NCBI RefSeq assembly: GCF_001194135.2
Contig: NC_068984.1
Span: 67,204,733-67,268,732 of the forward strand
Origin: Octopus bimaculoides
Taxonomy: Eukaryota
Length of the DNA stretch: 64,000 nucleotides
Direction: 5' to 3'
The notes under the pieces were generated by a model. The model worked only from the letters and a program-made list of their open reading frames with translations. It was not told where the DNA came from and searched no databases. Shown here piece after piece: positions 37,672 to 50,962 of the stretch. Positions within the stretch are counted from its first letter, which is position 1, and each line of letters begins with the position of its first letter. Both the position numbers and the translations under genes were made by a program.

Positions 37672-39259
37672 TGTATACATATATACATCCACGACAGACT
37701 TCTTTTCCTTCAACCAAAGGTAAAAAATATATTACACCATAAAACCATTCATGAGAACGAAAGAAATATGCGTTTTGTCTGCATGAGAAATTGAAAACAA
37801 TTTTAGGATAAAAATATTTCTAACTTCCTGACGTAGGAAGTAGTGTATTTAGGCACATTCGACAGTTTCATACTAGTTTAGTAATAGGTTTTGGAAAGCC
37901 ACTTTAATGTGTTCTGTCCATAGTTCATGGAATTATTACTTTTAATTTACGTTATTCTTTTTGAGACAATATCTGAAGGAGATTTGATACTCCTAAGAAT
38001 GACAAAATGCTTGATACGTCCTTCTAAAATAAAAAAAATCCTGACAAGTGAAAACGAAATTAGTTGAGAAATTCTTCAGCTTTGACGATAAAGTAACATT
38101 AAGGTTATATATATATATATATATATATATANNNNNNNNNNNNNNNNNNNNNNNNNNNNNNNNNNNNNNNNNNNNNNNNNNNNNNNNNNNNNNNNNNNNN
38201 NNNNNNNNNNNNNNNNNNNNNNNNNNNNNNNNNNNNNNNNNNNNNNNNNNNNNNNNNNNNNNNNNNNNNNNNNNNNNNNNNNNNNNNNNNNNNNNNNNNN
38301 NNNNNNNNNNNNNNNNNNNNNNTATATATATGTGTGTGTGTGTATGTATGTATGTATGTATATTTGTTTTACATATTCTTCATGAGATGTAACTTTATGA
38401 CATGAGCATGTTGGAAGCATAATCTAACAATGTTACTTCTAAACTGTTTAGTATTTGCTATGAATTCTATGCCATATTGACTGAACAAGAGTGCCTATTA
38501 ATTATTTGTAATGAATGATATTAAACAGTTAGGAACTTTCCAGGTATCCTATTGTAGCTGAAGATATGCCGACCACAACGCTGGCGGCGTGAAGTGCACT
38601 TTTGAGAAAACTCTTTTCCCATTTGAGGGATGAAGGTTGTTTATTTGTGATATCGATCTTCTCGCATTCCCTCATACTAACCTTATCGCATCTGCTTTAA
38701 GCTCACGTTTATAAATTGTAATTCCTTAAATTTAAACAGATTCCTTCTCCAATGTATCAAATATTTTGTCAATCTTCAGGTCGGAGGATGGTAAAACCGG
38801 CATTTCACCAGGGCAAATACTTTGCCATGTTTTCGTGTTTTTAGCTTTCTTATTACCGATGTCTACTTTACATAAAATTTTATGTGGTCAATACAGTAAA
38901 GACCAGTTAAGAACTGTCATCAATATTATCCAATTCTCCTCTTTCCTCAACTGTATGGTCATGTGCCTATGTTAGAAATCAATATTTGTTGTATGATAAT
39001 ATCAAGCTTAAAGGATGATTGAAAAAAGGATAGGAGTTATGAAGTTTTCTGTTTCTCACAAAGCATGTGATATCAGGAAAAGTTTCATCGTATATCGAAG
39101 CTATATCGTAATCGGAAATCTTCAGTGTTTTTCTTTTTTCCCAATATAACTTGAGTAAACATTCTATCATAAGTAGGCTAAGTCTATATAATGTACATTG
39201 GCTATCTCACTCTTTCGCTTTTACTCACTATAATCTCTCTCATTCTCTCTTTCTCTGTG

Positions 39260-39303
<44 letters not shown>

Positions 39304-39310
39304 TTTACAC

Positions 39311-39525
39311 AAGGCGGCCAGATGGCAGAATCGTTAGTACGCCGGACTAAATACTTAACGTCATTTCTTCCAGCTTTACCTGCCTATTTCAAATCCTCCC
39401 GAAGTCAATTTTGCCTTTCATCCTCTTGTGGTTGATAAAATAAGTACCGGTTGAATACTTAAGGTCAATTCGATCAACTTCCCTTGCCCCAAGATTTTAG
39501 GCGTTGTGTTTGTAGTAGAAAGAAT
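39311..39525 (+). mobile_element. tRNA-derived SINE, family A, full length
   Basis: aaggcggccagatggcagaatcgttagtacgccgg head; ttttgcctttcatcct..gataaaataagtacc core. Confidence 0.9.
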
Positions 39526-39618
39526 GAATGTGTATGTAGGTGTACACACATACACACATACATACACACAAATACACACACACCAACAAACGCGTGCGCC
39601 CACAGACACAGACAGACA

Positions 39619-39660
<42 letters not shown>

Positions 39661-40084
39661 ATCATGCATGTATGTAACCATTCGCTTTTGATTAATTATT
39701 TCTCTACGCCGAGTTTAACAATTTCCTTAGCTGCTAGACTGCAAATACATATCTAAAATAAGAAAAAGACATTCAAAACCCTGCCATAGATGTCTCTAGC
39801 CCTCATAGATTTTGTTAAAGATGTTCATACAAAACTGGAATATCTTTTTATTTCTTGTATCACATGCTTTCTACAGAACTCGGTATAAACAGCGACAGGC
39901 AGGAGATGGGCAAGAAGTTGGAAAGGTAGATTAATTATTTTGAAGACAAATTTAAGAGTTAACAAACAATATACGTTCATAATTTGAAGTGTAGATGAAA
40001 AGGTTAAGTACTAATAGTTTACTGAACCAGAAAGTGAATATCTAGATAAATTATTTGCGCTTGCATTCACTTTCAAATTTTAAA

Positions 40085-40121
<37 letters not shown>

Positions 40122-41195
40122 TGCATGTTTTAAACATAAAAGAATTATCTAAAGCTGGTATCTCGAGCATGCAAATGCGATACTACTTCATTCGTTGAAC
40201 CCGGGTTTCCAACTAAGAACTATCGCAGCGCATTATACTACACAAAAAGAAATAAAATTATCACAGAAAATACCCCTGTTGACAGCACTACTGTCCTTTT
40301 AAGAATAGAAAAATCAAGGCGAACTTTGGAACGTTATTAATAGCCAAATAGAAATAAAAAATCAATACACATTTATTACACATTATCGTTAAACCATAAA
40401 AATCTACCAGAAGTTAACCTTTGATCAATTTTAAATTTGGCATTGAAGATTGTATCTGTGTAATAAAATTCCTGTGGTACTTTGCAAACAACTGCAGTGT
40501 TTATTAACAATTCGTCAATGCTACTTTCATTTCATCTAACTGATGAATCCGAGAATATCTTGAAACGTTATTGTATTCAGGAATAATTAATTATTACTAC
40601 GTATAAAAGAATAAGAAAATATGACAACTCCCTAATAAAACGACTAAACTCAAACATATTCATGTGTTTCCCATGTTTGAAAGAAAAGCTATTTCTAATT
40701 TAGACACAGAGATACACAGAACATATGTACACAAAATCCCATATTTACATGTAAAGATTGATAAATAATACAATGTATTGAAAGATGTGCACAAATATTT
40801 CCTAATGAAATGTAATTAGCTTCTTAGATTGAGGAAGAAAACGAAAACGTATCGGCAATTATGCGTCTTCAAATGAAAGGAGAGATAATCTTCAGAAATT
40901 AGTTTAATAGAAAAGAGTTTTCATGTTGGTGGGAAAATTCAATCTTTTTTGAAGCAAACAATTAGAGCTACAGACACGTTTCGGTGTTACTTGACATCAT
41001 TAACTAAATATATCCAATACAAAACCTGCTAGATAGTGGAGGAAACAATTTCTGAAGTTGCAAAATGTTACAAACATACTTGGCAGTTGAAATTTACATA
41101 TTCATCATTAAAATGGAATAAGGGAGGTAACTTATGCGGATCGATATACATTTAGATACTTTATCGCTGTGTTTGTGTGTGTGACTGTGTATGTG

Positions 41196-41234
<39 letters not shown>

Positions 41235-41268
41235 NNNNNNNNNNNNNNNNNNNNNNNNNNNNNNNNNN

Positions 41269-41322
<54 letters not shown>

Positions 41323-41334
41323 GTGTGTGTGTTT

Positions 41335-41560
41335 GAAGGTGCATAGCTTAGTAGTTAAAGTATTGCACTCACGATTGAGAGATTGTGGGTTCGATTTCCA
41401 TACCGGGCGTTGCGGTCATTTCAGCATCTGACATCTGCCACCCGCTGCACTTGTACAGGTAATGTTGATCTGATGGAGGGAGTGAGTTTATATCTACACA
41501 GACATTTGATCACAATAAACAAATCATCTGTGTGGTTGTTCGGTGAGAAATTGTTTTATA
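41335..41560 (+). mobile_element. tRNA-derived SINE, family C
   Basis: gaaggtgcatagcttagtagttaaag (A-box-like) and gggttcgatttcc (B-box); the same head is seen inverted at 45900-45945 and 46240-46305. Confidence 0.75.
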
Positions 41561-42091
41561 TAAGATAAGGTAGAAAATGATAAAATAATGTTATCATGAA
41601 GAACATTTTAGTACCGGTTTTAGTACCGATATATACATATCACCTCATATATGTATATACATACACACACATACATGTAAGTTCTCTGGCTAGACTGTAT
41701 TTTACAGAATCGATTTCCAGCAAAGAAATATCAGATATTCTATATACTAAACGCATATATTTACATATGGCTTGTAATTTGGCATAGAATTAAAATATGA
41801 ATGTTTTGGGTATTAATATAACAATGTATTTTAAATGTAAAATAATATGCAAAATCAGCAATATTAATTAATTTATATACCATAGTATTTTGGAACAATA
41901 TATATTGCTCTCTTAAATTTACAAATTACTTGAAAATATTAAGCTGAATGGTACACAAATAGATCACTGTACAAACCAATTTGTGACTCTTAGTTAGGTC
42001 GTTGTACTTCTTAGTTCACATCCTGTGGGCTTAGCTTTCTGTTTCACTGAGCCATGATCAGAAAATAATATCGATTTATTCTACTGAGCTA

Positions 42092-43263
42092 TTAGGCTGA
42101 GTAAAAAGTAAGCAACGTATTTCAATAATGCGGAAATTTCATTCATCAAAGTACCATTGCATTCAACACATTTTTGCCAACGAGTGACAAGTTTGTTTAT
42201 TCCGGTAACATATAAATCTGGAGTTCTGGGGTTGATGAACTCTTTCAACGCACTTTCAGCATAGGTTTGGTTTTTGAACTCCTTCTCTCGCAGGAAACCA
42301 TCAAGGTGCTTGGAAGAGTGGTAGTCGGTAGGAGAAAGGTGTGGGGAAGAACTTCATAACCAAGTTCCCTGAACTTCTGGAGCGTCATTAGTGAAACGTG
42401 TTGTCGAACATTGTCATGATGACTGATTAGTCCTCTTCTGTTGATCAGTCTGGGGCAGAGGAGTAGTAGTTTTCCCTTCATTTTGGCAATTTCATGGCAA
42501 TATGTTTCTGCAGCAATAGATTTTCCAGGTCTTAAGAAGTTATAGTGGATGAGTCCAGCAGTACATCACCAAACAGTCACCATAACCTTCTTTTGGAAGA
42601 GCTCGGGTTTAGGGAAGGTTTCCGGTGCTTCAATTTGGTACATCCACTGCGAAGAAAATTTTTCATTATTGTACAGAATTCACTTTTCATCACAAGTTAC
42701 AATACGGTGAAGAAGTGACGAGCAAATTTCATATCTGCGCATTTTCTAATTTTCATTCAAATCGTGTGATACCCATTTGTCGAGCATTTTTTTGATTCTC
42801 CGATCGCATGCAAATAGTTGCAGGCAGTTTTCTGGCTAACTTGAAGTTGTTTTGGCAGTTGTTGAGTAGTTTTACGTGGATCTTTCTCAATGAAGGTCTT
42901 TAATTGACCGTTATCGATGTTAAATGGCAGTCCACTATGCTCACGATGTTCAAGGCTCAGGTCTCCACTGTGAAATCGTTTAAATCAATTTCGAGCTAAC
43001 CACTCACTGGTCATTTCCTCACCAGACGTTTCGTTGATATCGTGAGCCGTTTCAGCTGCCTTACATCGTTTTTGAAGTTGAATAGCGAAATAGCTCGAAT
43101 ATCATTTCAGATGATTGTAACAACGGTGAATAAAATATCAATTTTAATTTGTCTGTATTATCAGACAATTGCAAAAAAATGTTTAAAAGAATTCAAAACT
43201 TTGCAAAAATGTGGTACAAATTCTTCATGGTTCAAAACGTTACTTAATTTTTACTCAACCTGA
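42092..43263 (-). mobile_element. Near full-length decayed mariner (DD34D) transposon with both TIRs and TA TSDs
   Basis: TIRs ttaggctgagtaaaaagtaagcaacgt (42092-) and, on the minus strand, tcaggttgagtaaaaattaagtaacgt (43263-), each flanked by TA. Minus-strand translation: KAAETAHDINE..FKRFHSGDLSLE..EKDPRKTT..LDKWVSHDL..HRIVTCDEK*ILYNN..KPELFQKK(V)MVTVW..HHDNVRQH..LGYEVLPH. Internal deletions and stops. Confidence 0.93.
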
Positions 43264-43599
43264 TACTTCCTCGGACTTCTAATTTGTTGCCTCAATATGA
43301 AAAATCAATATTAATTGGAAAATTAGGCGGCACGCTGTCAAATTCGGTAAAGAGCCAAAAGAAACCACTGAGTCACATTTCGTACCGAATTCTACGAGTT
43401 TTGTAAAAGAAAAAAAAAAAAGTAATAAAGAAAAATACAGGGCTCAGTGTATTGTGCGTCTACAAGTCTAGAATCTTCAGGGAATTGATCCAATGGACTA
43501 TTTTTATACTTTTTAAAAGGGGTAACTGTTTTCAGGCAATATTCATTGCCACAACATGTCCTATTTTTCAGCATTGAGATTAAAGTATATCTTGTATAT

Positions 43600-43910
43600 T
43601 TTCCTTGTTTCAGTCATGAGACTGTTGCCATACTGGGGCACAATCTTGAAAAATTTTAGTCGAACGAATCGACCCCAGCACTTATTTTTATTTCAAGCCT
43701 GGTACTTATTTTATCGGTTTCTTATTGTCGAATTGCTAGTTTATGCGCACGTAAACACATCAAGACCGGTTGCACATAGATATATTTAGAACGGGCTCCT
43801 TTCAGTTTCCCTCTACCAAATCCACTTCTTGGGTGCTACGTAGCGAGACTGAACTTGGAATAATGTGGTTGAGAAATAAAACTTCTTACTACACAACCAC
43901 GCCTGCGCCC
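43600..43910 (-). mobile_element. SINE family B copy with internal deletions
   Basis: gtttcagtcat..gccatactggggcac tail, tcgaccccagcacttatt, gggctcctttcagtttccctctaccaaatccac, and ttactacacaaccacgcctgc head; collinear with 57953-58336. Confidence 0.85.
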
Positions 43911-43964
<54 letters not shown>

Positions 43965-43969
43965 CACAT

Positions 43970-44120
43970 TCCACGGACCTTTATACAAACACTTCTCTAC
44001 AGAGTTCGGTCATTAGTCGGCTCGGTGCTATAATAGAAATCGCACAGTGTGTCGTGCAGCAGGACAGGACTCGAAGTGCTCGAATGCAAAGCTAGCTCTT
44101 CTCTACTTGTGCAGTCATGC
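43970..44120 (-). mobile_element. Old SINE family B head fragment
   Basis: gtcggctcggtgctataatagaa..gtgcagcaggac..cagtcatgcctgc parallels 58230-58336. Confidence 0.55.
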
Positions 44121-44529
44121 CTGCTCAGTACATGTTAAATTTATACTTGACATGGAATAAAGGGAAGTAATCGAAATACTGGAATAAAAGTATGAATTTA
44201 TTTTATTTCAGAGAACATTTAGTTTTGGAACCACCAATAGGGCAAAGTAAATATTAGCGGTTTCTCTCAGAAACACTTCTCATGTCTAATACAGAATTTA
44301 TGAATTTTGAATGCTAAGCAATATGAATAGAGATATAAACTAAAATTACATTAACATCACTCTATAAACATCTAGGCACGTAGCAACAGAAATACTTCCC
44401 TTCGAGTCAATAGGAGAAATTTTAAATCTTCGTTGGGGGTGCAATCGCACTACTACTTCAACAGAAGAAGAACACGTGATAATGTGGTCCTAGATACCCA
44501 AAAGAAATGGTTGGTTATAAATTTGTTGT

Positions 44530-44695
44530 GCGGAGGAGGCTCATCGATTACATCGACCCAACAGCTAATCTGTTATTTTATAGACCCGTCCCCCCAAAAA
44601 GAAAGTCGAATGGGGAAGAATTAGATCTCAGAACAGAGATAACGACCCAAAGTTTTTGTCTGGCGTGCTTGCGTTATTGCCAGCTCGTTGCCATA
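44530..44695 (-). mobile_element. Diverged SINE family A copy
   Basis: tcgattacatcgaccc..ttttatagaccc..aaagtcga..ctcagaac..tgccagctcgttgcc. Confidence 0.75.
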
Positions 44696-45619
44696 GCAAT
44701 GAAAAAAATGTAAATTTAATTAATTAAATGTTGACAATATTATTCTCCTAACGATTTTTATGTCCCAATAGAGAAAAGCTAGGACAAGATGAATACGAAT
44801 TAGAATAAATATAAAGTATTCTCTTTACAACTGTTTATAGTAATTACCCTCTAGTAATGCTGTATTGCAACAAGAAAAATTTGCTTTTTATTACAATGAC
44901 GCATCTTATTCTCTAGAAAATCGAAAGCACACATGTTTTCGGTAAGAAGAAGGAAATGTAATCGACTACGTAATGATTACGATGACAATTCTATTTATCT
45001 ACTTTATTTTCAGAAATACGTCAATTCATTTATTAGGAATGATATTAAATACCAACGAGTGAACGGGAATTAAAATAAAAATATAAAAAGAACAAAGCAT
45101 GAATTAAGTAGTTTATAGATAAAGATGGTAAAGTAGACAACTTTCATTTCAGCATCACACCAAATCCATCCACATATTTGCATTTGTATGATAGTTAATA
45201 TAATAATTCTCCTAAACAATTATATTAGCTGCAGCGCTTTGTGTAAAGACATTAAGGAAATTTTACATACAATATAACAGTATCGATATCGGAAACTTCA
45301 AGTTAATGAAAGTGAATTAAAATAATATCAAATAAATTGTATTCCATTATCTAAGTTAATTCCCGAACGTTATTAAAATATTACATAAAAGAAGAACATC
45401 ACAGATAATGTTTCTTTTTAAATAAAAAATAATTATATATTTCGAATATATTTAAAATTTAAAGCATTTTTGGTGTGCTAAAAAAAAAACAGTATGAAAC
45501 CGATAAGAAAATAATATAGTGGACTAATAACATTTTCATAGATACAGTTAGTAGTTATATAAAGATGCTTGCTTGGTTTAAGTTTTGTGCCGCTACCAGC
45601 ATCACCATCAATTTAAAAA

Positions 45620-45945
45620 ACTGGCACTCTGTCGGTTACGATCTCAATAGTTCCAGTCGATCCGGTCAAAGAAAAGGCTGCTCGTGAAATTAGCGTGCAA
45701 GTGGTCGAGCACTCCAATGACATACAGACACTTAACGTAGTTCTCAGGGAGATTCAGTGTGACATAGAATGTGATAAGACTGGCTCTTCGAATTACAAGT
45801 ATTACTCATTTTCATCAGCTGGGTGAACTGGAACAACTTGAAATAAATTGTCTTGCTCAAAGACACAACGTGCCGCCGGGAATTAAACTCATGACCTTAC
45901 GATCATAAACCAAATCCCAGACAGCTAAGCCATGCGCCTTCACAA
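45620..45945 (-). mobile_element. tRNA-derived SINE, family C, near full length
   Basis: Minus-strand head gtgaaggcgcatggcttag, then gtgtctttgagcaagac and a body shared with 46440-46595 (cttaacgtagttctc..gattcag..gtgaca..gaatgtga). Confidence 0.85.
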
Positions 45946-46119
45946 TCACCAACAAGAACATGAGTATGAGCCAACAAGCCAATACCTAGGCGGTTGCTCG
46001 ATCGTTTAGGAATCATAAGTCCGTCTCATTAAACTCTCATTCTATCATCTTTAGATAGGAAGGATACACACACAGACAGAAAAGGGTAAAGGCCCGTTTT
46101 CCGGATTCTGTGGCGATAT

Positions 46120-46305
46120 ATATATTCTACACTGGACAGGATGACGATCCGTTGCAGGATTACTCATTATTGCCATCTTATTGAACTGGAGCAATGTGAA
46201 ATAGAAATGTTTTGCTCAAGAGCATAATGCATCGCCCGGTCCAGGAATCGAAATTACAATCTTACAACCATGATTCCAATACTCTAACCACTAAGTCATG
46301 TACAC
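46120..46305 (-). mobile_element. Family C-headed SINE with a different 3' part
   Basis: Minus strand: gtgtacatgacttagtggttagag head, ttcgattcctgg B-box, gctcttgagcaa and ttgctccagttca shared with family C, then cctgcaacggatcgtcatcctgtccag. Confidence 0.75.
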
Positions 46306-46439
46306 ACAAACACAAATACACACACACGCACACATACACACGTGTATGTGTGTGTGTGTGTGTGCACGCGTGCGTAGATAAACACAGGTTTCTTATTTTG
46401 AAATAAAATATTCCGTATAGCATTTTATCTATCTATGGC

Positions 46440-46595
46440 TGAGCACAGACAGGCGGACCTTTAACATAGTTCTCTGGAAGATTCAGCCTGACACAGAATG
46501 TGACAAACCTGGCCTTTTGAAATACAGGTACTACTCATTTTCACCAGCTGAGTGGGCTAGAGCAACGTGAAATAAAGTGTGTTGGTCAAGGACAC
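46440..46595 (-). mobile_element. 5'-truncated family C SINE
   Basis: Aligns with 45730-45870 (actcattttcaccagctgagtgg..agcaacgtgaaataaagtg..tcaaggacac). Confidence 0.85.
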
Positions 46596-46777
46596 AGCTA
46601 TCTATCTTATCTATCTTGCTTATCTATGTATGTATGTATGTATGTATGTATGTATGTATCTTTCTATCTACCTGTTTGTCTGTCTGTAATTTCAATCGGT
46701 CTCTTTTTGCCGAAATAAACCAACACCAGTTGCCAAGCAGTGGTGAGGGTCAAACACAACACAACATAAATACACAT

Positions 46778-46875
<98 letters not shown>

Positions 46876-47093
46876 TGTCGAGGTCCACATGTTTGCTCAA
46901 TTAAGGCAACAAAAAGAAACACATCGCCAATAGCATTATTACCGTTACCACTTCCACACTGAAATGGACTTAACATGAATGAGAGCTTATACTTTTCTTA
47001 GATAAAATCAAAGCATTTTGTGCATAAGTGGAGGACCACTTTAAATGAGTGTCTAAATGTTCATCCTAAGTTAGAGGGCGTGTTAGAGAGAGA

Positions 47094-47143
<50 letters not shown>

Positions 47144-48309
47144 TGGCAAGAGAAAGAGAGAGAAAAGTGTAAAAAGAGCAAGGGTGAAAAGTGTGAGACA
47201 GAAGAAGAGCGGAGAAGAAAGAGAAGAAAGGAAACGAAAGGAACAATGACAAAGAAAGAAAGATACCAATTTTGTTCTAATGTCATTAAAGGTGATCCGT
47301 AGAGTTGAAGGAGACGTTAAGATAAAAGAAGTTTTGTTACAATGGAATTTCTCTGTGTCTGGCAGATTAAAGAAAGTCGCCAGAAAACCAAAACTAGATC
47401 AATTACACTAGCTATTTCTGAGATTTAATAGTCTTCACTTAAAATCTGTTTGCACTTGATTTCGCATTTTCCCACTTTACTTAATCTGATACTTTGCTCG
47501 CTTATATTTTATCCTTAATATTGTAGGTCACAATACATATCAATAATAGGAACATAAAAGAAGTCTAATAGACTGACGATTAGCTTCAACCAGATTTGTG
47601 AAAAGCCATTTCAAATTGTCCATCGTAAGCAGGCAGAAAAAGGAACAAATTCAAACGGAATCTGTTGTGCTTAATCAAAAGGAATCTGTGATGCTTCATC
47701 AAGGGAAATCGTACGGAAAATAGGCGGAAAACCCCTCAAAAGAATGATCTCTTAGTTCTAATTACGAAAAGAAATTAGTAAATAAAATAACTTACCTTAT
47801 ATTAAGATAAAATATATCCACATATATTCCGAAATCACAAAATGTTAATATATCCTGAAAATCAAAGAAAATACAAATTAGAAAAGGAGAGTTTAACTAT
47901 GAAGATATAAACTACCTCATTAGAAAGACAGTAAAAAGAATGAAAACTTACATATAAGTAACGTGAAAAAATTATTTTCCTGAAATAAGAAAATTTGGAA
48001 AGGCAGAAAAATCATATTTCCATTTGTACTTTAAACAGCTGGCATAACTCCAACTATTGTGTCTACGAGAATAACATAATTGTATCCGTTGGATAAAAGA
48101 ATTTTAAGGTATTTCTTCAAAGAAAATTAATGAATTCGGTAGGAGTAGAAGGCTCAGTGAACGTGCATTGCTTTTGCAAGCTGGGAAAATATTTTTCGAC
48201 TTTCATATTAATGTATATAAATTTAAGTTTGCATAATTTAAAACGAATATGAAATGGTTTTTAAAAATGTTATTTCATTATTATTAATTGTTTCTAATTT
48301 AGGTACATG

Positions 48310-48640
48310 GCCAACAACTTTGAAGGGAGCATATATTAGTTGACACCATCTACCTCAATGTTGAAATTGTACTTGTTTTATCGACTTCGGAGGAAAAAGG
48401 GCAACGTAAACGATGGCGATATTTGGCTCGATTGGAAAAATATTGGAAGAAATGTCGCAAAGTGTTTCTTCTATGACCTATCGTTTCTGCTAGGCTGCAA
48501 CCTTCTCAAAGCCTATAGTTTAAGCACAAGATGAGTTTATGAGGAGGGAATAAGGGATAACAATGACCCCAGCGTTCAAGTGATGCTTGCTTTAACAACC
48601 CCGAAAAGTTGAAAGGTGAAGCAGACCTTGGTAGGCTAAG
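48310..48640 (-). mobile_element. Two old SINE family A fragments (48310-48435 and 48520-48640)
   Basis: gtacttgttttatcgacttcgga..aaagggcaac and gaccccagcgttcaa..aaccccgaaaagttgaaaggtgaagcagacct match the family A core. Confidence 0.6.
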
Positions 48641-48844
48641 GAAAAAAACAAAGAAATCCGGTTTTTCTTGAACCAAACAGGTTCACACCAACGGAGCAAC
48701 AAAAGAGAGAATGGAATGAATTGCTATCGAGGAACTCTGAATTCTGAACATAAGTGTTCTATGCTTAGGTCATTTAATAAATTCAGTCGTCTATTTCCAA
48801 TGTTAGCGAGGTCGACTATTTTCTTTGTTATACATGTGGTTTGC

Positions 48845-48848
48845 CGAT

Positions 48849-48907
<59 letters not shown>

Positions 48908-49107
48908 NNNNNNNNNNNNNNNNNNNNNNNNNNNNNNTATATATATGTGTGTGTATATATACATATATACATATATACATATATACGCATATATACATAT
49001 ATATATATATATACATATATACACACACACACACATATACGTGTGTGTGTGTGTGTGTATATATATATGTATATATATATGTATATATGCATATATATGT
49101 ATATATA

Positions 49108-49174
<67 letters not shown>

Positions 49175-49280
49175 ATATATGTATATATATATGTATTTAT
49201 ATATGTATATATACATATATATGTATATATGTATATATATATATGTACATATATGTACACACACACATATATATATATAA
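48845..49280. repeat. Compound (CA)n(TA)n(TG)n microsatellite with self-complementary blocks
   Basis: Directly visible; includes a small N gap. Confidence 0.95.
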
Positions 49281-50423
49281 TGTCATTTAATCTTATCATC
49301 ATTTATTGTCAGTGGAACTAGTATATCTGTTTACGTTAGTTTTTCTTTCTTTTGTTTTTGTCCTGGTAACAAATGAGAACCTCTTGGAAATACAACTCAC
49401 ATTTTCTTTCTTGATGACGTGTTCTATTTATTGGTACTTTATTACCATCTATTTCATTTCAGTGTTTAGTTTCAGCAAATTAATGTGGATTTCATTTATG
49501 TAGTGAGTCTGAGGAACGGTGAAACTGTGCACATATATTTTAAACGGTATTCCTGTTCAGTTTGAACAAGCTAAATAAAAATCAATAAAAATTAAAAGCA
49601 TGGTCACATGCGCATATAAATCATAATTTTCTAATTGTTATGAGGAACTCGACTATTCTTATTAACAGCAGTCGAATTAGCTAATAACTCGGAGATGAAA
49701 CCTTGTACTATTTCGATGGAGTTTACAATTCCGGGTATCTCCTCCCATTCATTAGTTTAGTAGTTGAAACTAGAGATTTACCAATAACCACTGATCTTTG
49801 AATGGATGTGTAATAGTACCAGATTTTCTCGTACCGATTAATTTTCAACATGAAACCACCCGAATTCGAATGTAACCCATCAAATGCTCGATGGTCTTTA
49901 AATGAATAGATTAGCTTAAGTGTGAGAAATTTGTTGAAATAATTTTGAACGAAACTAAGCTCTTGGAAATCTATTTTAATAGAATAATAGCAACGATAAA
50001 CATCTAATGAAATTTCAGTCATATGATTGAATTTCTTCTAATTAATGATATATTATTACTGGGAATTCAAGAAAATAACTCAATTCTACTCTTTGAATGA
50101 TTTAGTTAATCAAAGTTTGGCTACAATTAAAGATGAATAATGCAATCAAGTGCGTATCGAGTTGATTTCATTATCTCTTGATTTGCTCGTAATTGCTTCA
50201 TAGACTGTTGATCATGATACATACACACACACACACATACACACACACACACACATATACATATATGTATATATATATATATATATATACGCACACAGGC
50301 AGACACGAACACAACTACACTAATGCAAACATATATGGTTGTGTTTGTGTGTTCATCTATATACACAGACAACAAACATACACTATATGTTCATCTCTCT
50401 ATCTCTCTATCTATCTATCTGTC

Positions 50424-50464
<41 letters not shown>

Positions 50465-50824
50465 GAGTGTTTATGTGTACGCGCATGCTTGTATGTATCC
50501 GTTTCTTTGAACGTATTTGTGTATATCAATCTATACTTCTGTATGTATGCGTGCGCACAAACACTCAAACACACACATATACATATACATACACAATCTC
50601 TACGTGTGTGTGTGTATCTGTATGCTATCGAGTATATTGTACATTATACGATATATTAAACACATATATAGACGCGCTGATGCAAGGGTATACAAATATA
50701 CATGTAGATAAAGGGCATATGTCAAAATATGCATTTATATGTTCGTATATATATGTACATATTACACACATTTGTGTGTGAGAGGGTGAGTGTGCATGTG
50801 TGCTATCATGTATATAAGTGTGTC

Positions 50825-50862
<38 letters not shown>

Positions 50863-50917
50863 TAAACACTCACAAATATAAATGCATTTCTATCTCTGCA
50901 TATACTCATATATTGTT

Positions 50918-50962
<45 letters not shown>

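Larger units (their letters stand above)
36650..37720 (-). mobile_element. SINE family B fragment split by an insertion into its (CA)n(TA)n tract
   Basis: The left part 36650-36785 (acaccaacaccggtt..ggtggtggagacaacagacacaaa(CA)n) and the right part ~37690-37720 (cacgacagacttcttttc..accaaa) are contiguous in the uninterrupted copy at 58090-58225. Confidence 0.65.

Noticed and set aside
47657-47704. 24-bp imperfect tandem duplication (ggaatctgttgtgcttaatcaaaa / ggaatctgtgatgcttcatcaagg)
   Set aside because: Only two diverged units with no spacer structure or ORF context; an ordinary local duplication, not CRISPR-like.
49503-49535. CTGAGGA-acggt-GAAAC-tgtg hammerhead-core lookalike
   Set aside because: G at the cleavage position, a poor helix I and no retroelement context; likely chance.
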